A DNA stretch of 64,000 nt. Origin: Gemmatimonadales bacterium. Its GTDB lineage: Bacteria > Gemmatimonadota > Gemmatimonadetes > Gemmatimonadales > GWC2-71-9. A program made the position numbers and the translations under genes. The DNA is taken from the NCBI GenBank assembly GCA_037189525.1, contig JBBCJC010000002.1:608001-672000 (forward strand), written 5' to 3'. The notes under the pieces are model-generated. The model was not told where the DNA came from. It did no database searches and saw nothing but the letters and a program-made list of their open reading frames with translations. Shown here in pieces: positions 18,710 to 28,165 of the stretch. Position 1 is the first letter of the stretch. Each line of letters opens with the position of its first letter.

Positions 18710-18993
18710 GATGCCTCGCTCAGTCCGAGGTCCTGTCGGAGAGTCGCGAGGTCGCTCGCTTTGGTCCGGCCGCGTCGGCCGCGGGTCAACGCGGCGAGCA
18801 ACCGGGCCGCGTTCTGGGGCGATCGCAAGAGATAGGCAGTCTCCCGGAGGCTGGCCAGTTCGTCGGCCGGAATGAGCGCCATGTCCTCGTGGCCGCGGCG
18901 TTGAATGACGGCGGGTTCTCGGGAGCTCTCGACTTCGTCCCAGAGGGACGCGAGGTTCTCGCGGGCGTGGCTGTAGCTGGTTTTGACGGCCAT
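18706..18993 (-). CDS. yefM: Phd/YefM-family antitoxin
   Basis: SYSHARENLASLWDEV...IQRRG...SLRETAYLLRSPQNAARL; RBS aggaga. Confidence 0.92.
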   Translation of the reverse strand: MAVKTSYSHARENLASLWDEVESSREPAVIQRRGHEDMALIPADELASLRETAYLLRSPQNAARLLAALTRGRRGRTKASDLATLRQDLGLSEAS

Positions 18994-19009
18994 GGGACAT
19001 CTCCTGTCT

Positions 19010-19046
19010 TGTACAGGACTATTGTACAATGGAATAGGATTGTCAA
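19010..19046 (-). promoter_or_regulatory. yefM-yoeB promoter/operator
   Basis: Two TGTACA palindromes (19010-19015 and 19023-19028, the latter inside ATTGTACAAT) and TTGACA at 19046-19041. Confidence 0.75.
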
Positions 19047-19365
19047 GGGCAGCATAACAGGGGCCCCACCGCGCAGGGCGCGATGTGGTACTACTACTTC
19101 TATTATCTCGCGGGAGCGTGCGGGCGCCTCGAGGACGGCCTGACGGCGACAAGCGGGTTGATCACCCGTGATGAACTGTCGCCGTACCTGCACGGCATGT
19201 TCGCGATTTTGCTCACGAGCCGCCGGGATCCGCACGCGCCCGAGTCGGCCATGCGGGCAACCGGCCTCGAGAGTCTTCCCTCCGAGCGTACGATGCCATT
19301 CACCTTTGCACACCCAGCGCCGGTTAACACAGGTTTGCAGCGTGTGTGGGGCGGCCGGGTGCCAC

Positions 19366-19512
19366 ATGTCGGGCGTCGAGTCCTACTATGCCGCGTGTAA
19401 AGCTCGCGGTGTCTCATTCGCGCTGGAGCTCGGGGAACGGCCGTGGGGGATGATGGATTTTCGAGTCACAGATCCCGACGGCAATCGGATTGGCTTTGGA
19501 TCGCAGTTGTAA
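19366..19512 (+). pseudogene. C-terminal fragment of a VOC/glyoxalase (bleomycin-resistance) protein
   Basis: VESYYAACKARGV...ERPWGMMDFRVTDPDGNRIGFG; N-terminal half absent. Confidence 0.7.
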
Positions 19513-19673
19513 GCGCGCCGGGACCCCACTGTCGTCGTCCGTGCCGCACCGTCAGTACCACGCTGTCGCGGGATGGGACTCCTCTTCCGGAATCGCGGCT
19601 ACGACTCCATGTTGGTTAGAGGACGGCGCGGCCGCTCGAGGCTGCCGCTGAAACCCACAGTCCACCAGCGGCA

Positions 19674-20198
19674 ATGGAGGCGGGGGTGATTGCGGAATTG
19701 CTTGCGGGTGTCGTCCTCGGTTGTGGCGGCGCCCCGATGGAGCAGCAGATACCGGTGAGCCGAGGCCGGCAGGTGGTCCGGACGATCGACACGCTCGGTA
19801 TGCAGACCTTCGTTCCGGTCGGTCCCGCGGATGTCTGGAAGACGTTGCCGGCCGTCTATAACGAGCTGGGTCTCGAGGTGAACTTTCAGGAGTCCGCCGG
19901 TTGGAGACTCGGTACCTGCTACCAGCGGCTCCGGCTCCGGCTCGGCGGACGCAATCTTTCGACCCTGCTCGATTGTGGCGACCAGCGCGGACTGCCCAAC
20001 GCCGATCGGTACGATGTGGGGTTGACGGTCCTGACCACGTTGATGCCGTCGACCGAAAACACGTCCATCTTATACATCTTCGTACTGGGCGTTGGCCTCA
20101 ATGCTTCGGGCGCTGCCGGCGACCGGATCTGGTGCTATTCGAAGGGGGTCATCGAAGAGCAGATTCGAGAGGGCGTCGAGCGCCTGAGCCGGGCCTGA
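19674..20198 (+). CDS. Hypothetical lipoprotein
   Basis: VVLGC lipobox-like segment; coding-like composition. Confidence 0.65.
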   Translation: MEAGVIAELLAGVVLGCGGAPMEQQIPVSRGRQVVRTIDTLGMQTFVPVGPADVWKTLPAVYNELGLEVNFQESAGWRLGTCYQRLRLRLGGRNLSTLLDCGDQRGLPNADRYDVGLTVLTTLMPSTENTSILYIFVLGVGLNASGAAGDRIWCYSKGVIEEQIREGVERLSRA

Positions 20199-20262
20199 CG
20201 CGCTCCGGCAGGCTACGGAACCTGGCAATTGTATCCCGGACTGGATACCATTGCGGGTGTGC

Positions 20263-20288
20263 CGAAACCTCGGCCGCCCATTCCCGTA
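20263..20288 (+). promoter_or_regulatory. ECF-type promoter
   Basis: CGAAAC-N16-CGTA, 15 nt before ATG 20304. Confidence 0.5.
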
Positions 20289-20303
20289 TCACAACGATAG
20301 CCC

Positions 20304-20789
20304 ATGATCGACGGACTGGTTCCGACCGCGGAACTGTTTGCGCTCCATACCAGGCTCTTCATCAATTCCATCGTCGATCTCGATGACGGCGCTGCCGCCA
20401 TGCGCCCCAACGACCGAACCAACAGCATGGCGTTCATCGGCGGTCACCTGGTCGAAACACGGGCGTGGACGGCGCGGCTCTTAGGGCTCGATATCCCGGC
20501 GCCCTTCGGCGGCCAGTTGGAACACCAGACGGGTATCGAGGAGATCGCCGTGCTGCCGTCCGTTGCCGCCATTCGAGAGCAATGGAGCGAGGTCAGCCGC
20601 CGGATCGAGGCCCGATTCGACGGGATCACCGCAGCCGAACTGGCCGCGCCATCGGGGCAGCGCTTCCCGGTCGTGGCCGGCACCTTGCTCGGCGCGCTGA
20701 CGTTTCTGATGCACCACGAGGCGTATCACATCGGGCAGCTGGGATACTTGCGGAAGTTTGTCGGCTTACCGCCGATGTCATATCGATAA
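20304..20789 (+). CDS. DinB/YfiT superfamily protein
   Basis: NSMAFIGGHL...HHEAYHIGQL His triad. Confidence 0.88.
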   Translation: MIDGLVPTAELFALHTRLFINSIVDLDDGAAAMRPNDRTNSMAFIGGHLVETRAWTARLLGLDIPAPFGGQLEHQTGIEEIAVLPSVAAIREQWSEVSRRIEARFDGITAAELAAPSGQRFPVVAGTLLGALTFLMHHEAYHIGQLGYLRKFVGLPPMSYR

Positions 20790-20821
20790 GGAATCATCTT
20801 CCAAGGGAAAGGCAGTCTCGG

Positions 20822-22240
20822 ATGGGCTTCGTCAGGGTGGTGGCGCTCGGCGTCGTGGCGGGCGCGGCAGCAGGCGCGTCAGCGTGCGCGGGTAGCGGAA
20901 GTGGCGGTACCGGCAGCGGCGGGAGCAGTGGCGCAACGGGCGGACCGCATGCCGCTCTGGTCGCCCGGATCGATTCCATCATCGAGGCGCCGATCAAGGC
21001 CGGGAAGGTGGTTGGCGCGTCCGTGGCGGTGGTGAAGGGACGCGATACGATCCTGGCCAAGGCATACGGTCTCGCCAATCTCGAGCTCGACGTGCCGACT
21101 CCGCCTAACGCCATCTATGAAATCGGCTCGGTCACCAAGCAGTTCACCGGCGCCGCGATCATGCAGCTGGTGGAGCAGGGCAAGATCAGCCTCGACGATG
21201 ACATCAAGAAATACCTGCCGACGTACAACACGCAGGGACGCAAGATCGTCATCCGGCAGCTGCTCGATCATACCTCGGGTATCAAGGGCTACACCGAGAT
21301 CCCGGAGTTCCGGCAGTTCGGAGCCTATCGCCTGTCGCGCGATACGCTGCTCAATCTCTTTTCCAAGAAGCCCTTCGACTTCGAACCCGGTGACGAAGAG
21401 ATCTACAACAACTCGGCGTTCTACCTTGCCGGGCTGATCATCGAAAAGGTGAGCGACCAGTCCTACGAAGACTATGTCCAGAAGAATCTCTTCGATCGGG
21501 CCGGGATGACGCACTCGCATTACTGCAGCGAATCGAAAGTCTACAAGAACAAGGTGTCGGGTTACGACAGCGACTCCGCCGGCCCGGTACTCAAGGGGCC
21601 GCTCAGCCATATCTGGCCCTATGCCGCCGGATCGCTCTGCGCTTCGGCGCTGGATCTGGTTCGCTGGAACGAAGCGCTCCATCGTGAGGGCAAGATCCTC
21701 GGGGCGGCTGCGTATCAGACCTTCATCACGCCCGACAAGTTGAACGACGGCACCACGCTCGGGTACGCCAAGGGGATTGCGACCTACGACCGTCTGGGTC
21801 GCCGGGCGCTCCACCATGGTGGCGGGATCAATGGATTCCTCTCGCAGAACACCTATTTCCCCAACGACTCCCTGAGCGTCGTGGTCCTGTTCAATACGGC
21901 AGGGCCCGGCAGTCCGGACGCCGCCGCGCAGAAGATCGCAGAAGTGGTGCTGGGTGCGCCCGCGTCGTCGGCCAAGTCGATCGACGGTGACGCCACCCGC
22001 TTTGCCGGGACCTATACCGGCCGGGGCCGCGGCCGACCGATGGAACTCACGGTTTCGGTGGATGGCAGCAATGTGAAGGTCCGATTTCCGGGAGCCGATT
22101 CGGCTGAGACCCTGACCTATCTCGGTGACAACGTCTTCGTGCGGGACGAGGCGCGCCTGATCTTTGTCGATCAGGGCGGCAAGATCGCCAAACTTCGGCT
22201 CGATGCCGGGTACGCCAACAACGTCCTGACGCGGAAATAG
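20822..22240 (+). CDS. Beta-lactamase-family (S12) serine hydrolase lipoprotein
   Basis: ASAC lipobox and Gly/Ser linker; GSVTKQF, YNNS, HGGGING. Confidence 0.9.
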   Translation: MGFVRVVALGVVAGAAAGASACAGSGSGGTGSGGSSGATGGPHAALVARIDSIIEAPIKAGKVVGASVAVVKGRDTILAKAYGLANLELDVPTPPNAIYEIGSVTKQFTGAAIMQLVEQGKISLDDDIKKYLPTYNTQGRKIVIRQLLDHTSGIKGYTEIPEFRQFGAYRLSRDTLLNLFSKKPFDFEPGDEEIYNNSAFYLAGLIIEKVSDQSYEDYVQKNLFDRAGMTHSHYCSESKVYKNKVSGYDSDSAGPVLKGPLSHIWPYAAGSLCASALDLVRWNEALHREGKILGAAAYQTFITPDKLNDGTTLGYAKGIATYDRLGRRALHHGGGINGFLSQNTYFPNDSLSVVVLFNTAGPGSPDAAAQKIAEVVLGAPASSAKSIDGDATRFAGTYTGRGRGRPMELTVSVDGSNVKVRFPGADSAETLTYLGDNVFVRDEARLIFVDQGGKIAKLRLDAGYANNVLTRK

Positions 22241-22332
22241 CATCCGAGCGACTTCGTCCGGCCGGGCTTCGAGAGGTTTCTCGGGGTCCGGCCGGTCGTG
22301 CTTCCGGGCCGGTTTTGGGCGATGCCCGGATC

Positions 22333-22359
22333 GGAAACTTTACCCGGAGGCCAGGCGTC
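22333..22359 (+). promoter_or_regulatory. ECF-type promoter of the MoxR operon
   Basis: GGAAAC-N17-CGTC. Confidence 0.55.
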
Positions 22360-22455
22360 GATTATAGATAGATATGTCGGTCGACCTCCCGACCTCTCCC
22401 GGGTCGGTGAGCGGAGCGCCGCGAGGATCGCTCGGTGGCCTGGTCCCCTCTGTCG

Positions 22456-24726
22456 GTGCCCGAGTTGCTGGTCAAATACCCTGCTCGTGTCTTCGAGCAG
22501 GGCGTGCTGGTGTGGCAGCATGCCGGGTGGCTTCGGGTGCTTGCTCCGGTCACGCTGGTGCTCATCGCGGTCACCATTCTGGGGTACCTGCGGGCCAGCC
22601 GCGCCGGGAGGGTCGATCGTGCCGTGCTGGCAACGGTGCGCAGCCTGGCCTTGATCCTCCTGGCGCTCTGCCTCCTTCGTCCCGCCCTCTTGGTCTCGAC
22701 TTCGCTTCCTCAGCAGAACATTCTCGGCATCGTCCTCGACGACTCGAAGAGCATGCAGATCCGGGATGCTGACGCCGGGACCAGGCTGGAGCTGGTTCGG
22801 CAGCTGTTCGGGGATTCCAGCGGGTCGCTGGTTCCGAGGCTGGCGGAACGATTCGCGCTTCGATTCTATCGCTTTTCCGAGGCGCTCGAACGAGTCGACG
22901 GCCCGGCGGCGCTGCGAGGCTCGGGAAGTCGGACCGATCTGGCCACGGCGCTGGACGATGCCCGTCGCGACTTTGCCGGCGCTCCGCTTGCCGGGCTGAT
23001 CGTGGTAACCGACGGCGCCGACAATGCCGGACAGGCCATCGGCGACGCGGTGCTCGGTCTCCAGGCCGCCAAGGTTCCGGTTTATACGGTGGGCATCGGG
23101 GCCGAGCGCTTTGCGCGCGATGTCGCGGTGGATCGGATCGAGTTGCCGCATTCGACCCTCAAAGGCGCGGTGCTGGTCGGATCGGTGGCGATCCGGGCCC
23201 GCGGGGTCGCAGGAACGTCGCTGGCGCTCGTGGTCGAAGACGGCAGTAAGATCGTCGCCAACCAGGACGTGACGGTGCCGCGAGGTACGGATGTCGTCAC
23301 GGTGCCGATCCGGGTGCCGCCGCTCGAAGCAGGGGTGCGTGACATCCGCGTGTCGGTGCGCCCGGTCGATGGCGAGATCCTGTCGCAGAATAACAGTCAG
23401 AGCGCCCGGGTCGAGGTTCGGGATCGGCGGGAAAAGATCCTGTACGTCGAAGGCGGCATCCGTCCCGAGTTTGCATTTCTTCGCCGCGCTGCGCAGAGCG
23501 ACAGTAACCTGCAGGTCGTGGGCCTGCAGCGTACGGCCAAGGACAAATACCTCCGGCTTGGCGTCGACGACAGCCTCGAGCTCATCAACGGATTTCCGAC
23601 CACGCGGGCCGAGCTGTTCCGATATCGGGCGTTGATCCTGGGAAGCATCGAGGCGGCTGCCTTCAGCGCCGACCAGCTCCGCATGATTGGTGAGTATGTC
23701 AGCGATCGGGGTGGCAGCCTGCTGGCGTTGGGAGGCCGGGCCGCGCTGGGCGAAGGAGCGTTCGAGGGCACCGCGCTGGCCGATGCCCTTCCCCTCACCT
23801 TCGTCAATCGCACGGCCGACTCGGCCGAGAGCCCGATCGAACTGCAGATTCGACCGACGCCGGCCGGGTTCGGCAACGCGGCCTTGCTGCTGGCTGAGCA
23901 GCCCGAGGCGAATCAGTCCCGATGGGATTCGCTGCCGGCACTGACCAGTGTGAATCGGACCACGGGTCTCAAGCCCGGCGCTACCGCGTTGCTCGATGGC
24001 CGGACCGGCGACGGCGAAACCGTGCCCGTGCTTGCCTGGCATCGGTATGGCCGCGGACGCGCGCTGGCGTTTCCGATTCAGGACAGCTGGTTGTGGCAGA
24101 TGCACGCCTCGATTTCAGTCGAGGATCAGACCCACGAAACCCTGTGGCGCCAGCTGCTGCGTTGGATGCTGGAAGAGGTTCCCGATCGGACCGACCTGGT
24201 CGTCAGCCCGAACTACCCGGCGCCGGGCGAACGAACCACCTTACAGCTGGAACTGACCGATTCCGCCTTTCGGCGCGTCAATGATGCCCAGGTGGCGGTC
24301 GATGTGGTGAGTCCGGATGGGGCGACCCGACAGGTGCCGCTGGAATGGACGCTTGGTCGGGACGGCCAGTATGCCGGAACCTTCGTGCCGACGGAAGAAG
24401 GCGAGTACCTCCTGAGCGGCCAGGCGATTATCGGGAGCGATACCGTTCGGTTGACCACGACATCGCTGGGCGTCGCCGACCGGGGTGCTGACTTCATCAA
24501 CGCCGAGATGCGCAGCGTCCTGCTGCAGCGGGTGGCGCGCGAAACGGGCGGGCGTTTCTACACGCCCGCTACGGTGGGGTCGCTGCCGGACGACGTAGTA
24601 TTTACCGAGAGCGGTGTCACGGTACGTGAGGCGCTCGATCTGTGGGACATGCCGATCGTGCTGTTCGGGTTGCTCGGCCTGTTGGGCTTCGAATGGGTCT
24701 ACCGCCGGTATCGGGGGCTGATATGA
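22456..24726 (+). CDS. Membrane vWA + glutamine-amidotransferase-like domain protein
   Basis: N-terminal TMs; LDDSKSM and VTDG MIDAS; YVEGGIRPEF, GGSLLALGG, YGRGR; C-terminal TM LWDMP...FEWVYRR. Start uncertain (22435/22456). Confidence 0.85.
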   Translation: MPELLVKYPARVFEQGVLVWQHAGWLRVLAPVTLVLIAVTILGYLRASRAGRVDRAVLATVRSLALILLALCLLRPALLVSTSLPQQNILGIVLDDSKSMQIRDADAGTRLELVRQLFGDSSGSLVPRLAERFALRFYRFSEALERVDGPAALRGSGSRTDLATALDDARRDFAGAPLAGLIVVTDGADNAGQAIGDAVLGLQAAKVPVYTVGIGAERFARDVAVDRIELPHSTLKGAVLVGSVAIRARGVAGTSLALVVEDGSKIVANQDVTVPRGTDVVTVPIRVPPLEAGVRDIRVSVRPVDGEILSQNNSQSARVEVRDRREKILYVEGGIRPEFAFLRRAAQSDSNLQVVGLQRTAKDKYLRLGVDDSLELINGFPTTRAELFRYRALILGSIEAAAFSADQLRMIGEYVSDRGGSLLALGGRAALGEGAFEGTALADALPLTFVNRTADSAESPIELQIRPTPAGFGNAALLLAEQPEANQSRWDSLPALTSVNRTTGLKPGATALLDGRTGDGETVPVLAWHRYGRGRALAFPIQDSWLWQMHASISVEDQTHETLWRQLLRWMLEEVPDRTDLVVSPNYPAPGERTTLQLELTDSAFRRVNDAQVAVDVVSPDGATRQVPLEWTLGRDGQYAGTFVPTEEGEYLLSGQAIIGSDTVRLTTTSLGVADRGADFINAEMRSVLLQRVARETGGRFYTPATVGSLPDDVVFTESGVTVREALDLWDMPIVLFGLLGLLGFEWVYRRYRGLI

Positions 24727-25688
24727 CGCATCTGATGCTGGCTCTGATGATGGGGATGTCTCAGCCGTCGAGCGAGGTAACCCAACTCCTGGTCGTGACC
24801 GGGTTGTCGGGCGAGCCGTCGTATGCTGCGACGTTGACCACGATCGGGCGCACCGTGGTCGCCGCGGCCAAAGAGCGTTGGGGTCTGGCCGATTCCAATA
24901 TCATCTACCTGGCCGAACAGCACAGCGCTACGGCCGGTACGGCCGGCCGCTCCGATCGCGACGCGGTCGTGGCCGCAATCACTCGTCTGGCGGCATCCGG
25001 CGGTGGCAATGGAGCGGTGGTGGTTTTGCTTGCCGGGCACGGGAGTGAGCAGGCAGGCGTTGCGCGCCTCAATTTGCCCGGTCCGGACCTCACCGCGCCG
25101 GACCTGGCGATGGCGTTGCAGGCATTCGGCCGTCGTACCGTCGTCCTGGTCAATGCGGCCAGCGCCAGCGGCGGGTTCCTCGAACCTCTGGCCGCGCCGA
25201 CACGAATCGTCATCACGGCGACCAAGACTGCCCTCGAACGCAACGCGACCCGGTTCGGCGAGTACTTTGCCAAAGGGCTCACGAGCGACGAAGCGGATGC
25301 CGACAAGAATGGCCGGGTGTCACTGGCCGAAGCCTATCGGTATGCGCGGCAAGAGGTAGTTCGATCGTATCAGTCGGCCCGCCGGCTGCTGACCGAGCAT
25401 TCGCAGATCGACGACGAAGGAAAAGGTACCGGTACGGCCGAGCTTGCTGCGGGGAGTGGCGCACGCGCGGCCTCGATCAGCGTGCCGCTCAAGCCGGAAG
25501 AGCGCAGTACCGATCCGCGGGTTGCGCCGCTGCTTGCCGAGCGGCAGAGGCTCGAAGCGGCGATTGCCACGCTGCGCAGCCGGAAAGCAGCGATGGATTC
25601 GGTGGCCTATGAGCGAGAACTGGAGCGGCTGGTGGTATCGCTCGCCGAGACCAATCAGTCGATCCGTGCTATTCGAGGCACCCCATGA
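24723..25688 (+). CDS. Secreted caspase/hemoglobinase-fold-like protein lacking the catalytic Cys
   Basis: LAGHG, then VNAASASGGF at the expected Cys position; VITAT; EF-hand-like DADKNGRVS; coiled-coil tail. Confidence 0.65.
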   Translation: MTHLMLALMMGMSQPSSEVTQLLVVTGLSGEPSYAATLTTIGRTVVAAAKERWGLADSNIIYLAEQHSATAGTAGRSDRDAVVAAITRLAASGGGNGAVVVLLAGHGSEQAGVARLNLPGPDLTAPDLAMALQAFGRRTVVLVNAASASGGFLEPLAAPTRIVITATKTALERNATRFGEYFAKGLTSDEADADKNGRVSLAEAYRYARQEVVRSYQSARRLLTEHSQIDDEGKGTGTAELAAGSGARAASISVPLKPEERSTDPRVAPLLAERQRLEAAIATLRSRKAAMDSVAYERELERLVVSLAETNQSIRAIRGTP

Positions 25689-28165
25689 TGGCGACGCGCG
25701 GACTCCGGATCGCCGCCGGGATGGTGATGCTCGCGCTGGGCGTGACGACCTGCGCCGGTAACCGAAACCCGGCTCAGCGCTCTCCGCGCTGGCTGCTCGA
25801 CCGGGGCGATGCTGAAGCCGTGATCCAGCAGGCATCCAATGATCCGCGTGGCCAGTTCTGGATGGCCGAAGCCATGGCGCTGCGGGGGCGCCTGAGCGAG
25901 GCCGAACGGCAGTTTGCCGAAGTCGCCGGTGGTGGTGGTCCGGATGCGGCGCTGGCTGCTGCGCGCCAGGCGGAGGTCATGGCTCGCGCCGGCCGTCGGC
26001 GTGACGCATTGCAGCAGGCGGATCGCCTGGCCACTGCCCTCGAGGGCCGGCGCGACCTGACGCCGCAGGAGTGGCTGGCGCTCGGCTTGGCGTATCAGTT
26101 GCTGGGCAGTGAAGAACCGGCCCAGTTCCGCGATGCGCTGGCCGCGCTCGATCGCGCCATCGCAGCCGATTCGACGCTGCTCGAAGCGCAACTCAGGCTG
26201 GGTGATCTGTTTCTCGACAAGTACAATTTTCCCGATGCGCGACGGAGCTATCAGCAGGTTCTGGTTCGGGACCCCGATAATCCGCGTGCGCAGCTCGGCT
26301 TGGCTCTGGTCGGGCAGTTGGACGGGAATCCCGGTAGCGGCGCGATGCTCGAACAATCGGTGCGAAACGGGCCAGGTCTGGCGCGGGCTCACGCTGCACT
26401 CGCCCGCCTCGATCTCGATGCCGAGTCGTTCGATTCCGCGCGGACACGCGCCGATCGCGCCATCGCGCTCGACTCTGCCGAACAGTTGGCATGGGCCGTT
26501 CGGGCCGCGACCCAGCTCGTCCGTGGCGACTCGGCCGGCTTTGTCGCGACCGAAACGCAACTGCGGGCGCGACATGCCGCGCCTGCCGATTTTTATGCCG
26601 AGACAGGCGAGGCGCTGGCCAGGCAGCGGCGCTATCGCGAAGCGGCGGATCTGGCGCGGCGGGGTGTGGTCCTCGACCCCGACCATCCCGCCGCGCTCAC
26701 CACGCTTGGGACAAACGAACTCCGGCTCGGCCGGATCGATACGGCCAGGACGCATCTCGATCATGCGTTCCGCCGCGATCCGTATCATCTGTGGAACAAG
26801 AACACGCTGGACCTGCTCGATCGATTGGCCACCTTCCGCACCATCGGCTCAAATCGGATTCAGATCGTCGCGCCGGCGGACCAGGCAGAACTGCTGGCGC
26901 TCTACCTCGTGCCGTTGCTCGAATCGGCGTACGATACGCTGGCTGCGCGCTACCGGCACAGCCCGCCGGTGCCGATCCGCCTCGAATTGTACGGGAGCCA
27001 CGCCGACTTCTCGGTGCGGACCGTCGGACTTGCCGGTATCGGCGCGCTCGGCGTGAGCTTCGGCTCGGTGCTGGCCATGGATGCCCCGTCTGCTCGGGAT
27101 GCGGGAGAGTTTAATTGGGCATCGACCGCATGGCACGAAATGGTTCATGCCTTCACGCTGGGCGCCACCGATCATCGGGTACCCCGATGGTTGTCGGAAG
27201 GGCTTTCGGTCCTCGAGGAACGCCGGGCGCGCGCGGGGTGGGGAGCGCAGGCCAGCCCTGCATACCTTGCAGCACTCAAGGGCGGACGGCTCCGATCGGT
27301 TGCTACGCTGAACGATGGGTTCGTTCGTCCCAGGTACCCGGCCGAGATTGGGTTGTCGTACTATCACGCCTCGCTGCTGTGCGAGTATCTGGAGACGACC
27401 TTCGGGTTCGACGCCATCCTGAGCTTGCTGGATGGCTACCGCCGTGGTCTGGTCTCGGCCGATGCCCTTCGTGGGGCGACCGGAATTTCAGTCGAAGATC
27501 TCGACCGGCGCTTCAATGAATGGCTGGCGCAACGATTTGCGACGCCGCTCAAGAGCGTCGCCGCCGCGCGCGATTCCATGGCCGTTCCGGGAGAACTCGA
27601 GACGCTGGTGGCGAGTGGCATCCGTCTTCGGGCCGCCGGACAGCTCGACCAGGCCGTGACCACACTGGAGCGCGCCGACCGCATGTTCCCGGATATGGGC
27701 GTCGAGGATGGCCCCGCCTGGCATCTGGCTGAGATCCATCGCGCCCGGGGTGACACGGCCCGCGCCATCGAGTACCTGAGCCGGGTAACGCGCTACAACG
27801 AGAGCCACTACGAGGCCAATCGTCGCGAGGCAGAGCTTCGAGCCGGGCAGGGAGATCCCGCCGGAGCCCTTGCTGCGCTCGAGCGCGCGATCTACATCCA
27901 CCCGTACGACCAGGCCGTACTCGGTCAGGCCGCTGAGCTTGCCGCGGCTGCAAAGGATTACGGGCGTGAAGTCCGGGAACGACGCGCCATCGTTGCGCTG
28001 ATGCCGACCGACCGGGCGGGCGCATACTACGCCTTGGCTGTCGCCTATCGGAATGCGGGCCACACCGCGGCCGCGCGACGTGAGGTACTCCGGGCGCTCG
28101 AGGAAGCGCCTTCGTTCGAACCGGCGCAGCAACTGCTGCTCGAACTGCGGGGTGGTGCCCGATGA
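25685..28165 (+). CDS. TPR-repeat protein with gluzincin (MA clan) peptidase domain
   Basis: TPR-like helices at both ends; WHEMVH...PRWLSEG; possible lipobox VTTC. Confidence 0.85.
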   Translation: MMATRGLRIAAGMVMLALGVTTCAGNRNPAQRSPRWLLDRGDAEAVIQQASNDPRGQFWMAEAMALRGRLSEAERQFAEVAGGGGPDAALAAARQAEVMARAGRRRDALQQADRLATALEGRRDLTPQEWLALGLAYQLLGSEEPAQFRDALAALDRAIAADSTLLEAQLRLGDLFLDKYNFPDARRSYQQVLVRDPDNPRAQLGLALVGQLDGNPGSGAMLEQSVRNGPGLARAHAALARLDLDAESFDSARTRADRAIALDSAEQLAWAVRAATQLVRGDSAGFVATETQLRARHAAPADFYAETGEALARQRRYREAADLARRGVVLDPDHPAALTTLGTNELRLGRIDTARTHLDHAFRRDPYHLWNKNTLDLLDRLATFRTIGSNRIQIVAPADQAELLALYLVPLLESAYDTLAARYRHSPPVPIRLELYGSHADFSVRTVGLAGIGALGVSFGSVLAMDAPSARDAGEFNWASTAWHEMVHAFTLGATDHRVPRWLSEGLSVLEERRARAGWGAQASPAYLAALKGGRLRSVATLNDGFVRPRYPAEIGLSYYHASLLCEYLETTFGFDAILSLLDGYRRGLVSADALRGATGISVEDLDRRFNEWLAQRFATPLKSVAAARDSMAVPGELETLVASGIRLRAAGQLDQAVTTLERADRMFPDMGVEDGPAWHLAEIHRARGDTARAIEYLSRVTRYNESHYEANRREAELRAGQGDPAGALAALERAIYIHPYDQAVLGQAAELAAAAKDYGREVRERRAIVALMPTDRAGAYYALAVAYRNAGHTAAARREVLRALEEAPSFEPAQQLLLELRGGAR

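Larger units (their letters stand above)
18421..19058. mobile_element. Putative integron-type gene cassette carrying yefM-yoeB
   Basis: Bounded by exactly complementary heptamers GTTATGC/GCATAAC (18421-18427 and 19052-19058), like attC core and inverse-core sites; no complete attC recognised. Confidence 0.45.

Noticed and set aside
19083..19400. ORF starting MWYYYFYY as a real gene or leader peptide
   Set aside because: No recognisable family, RBS or downstream biosynthetic operon; lies in a decayed patch.
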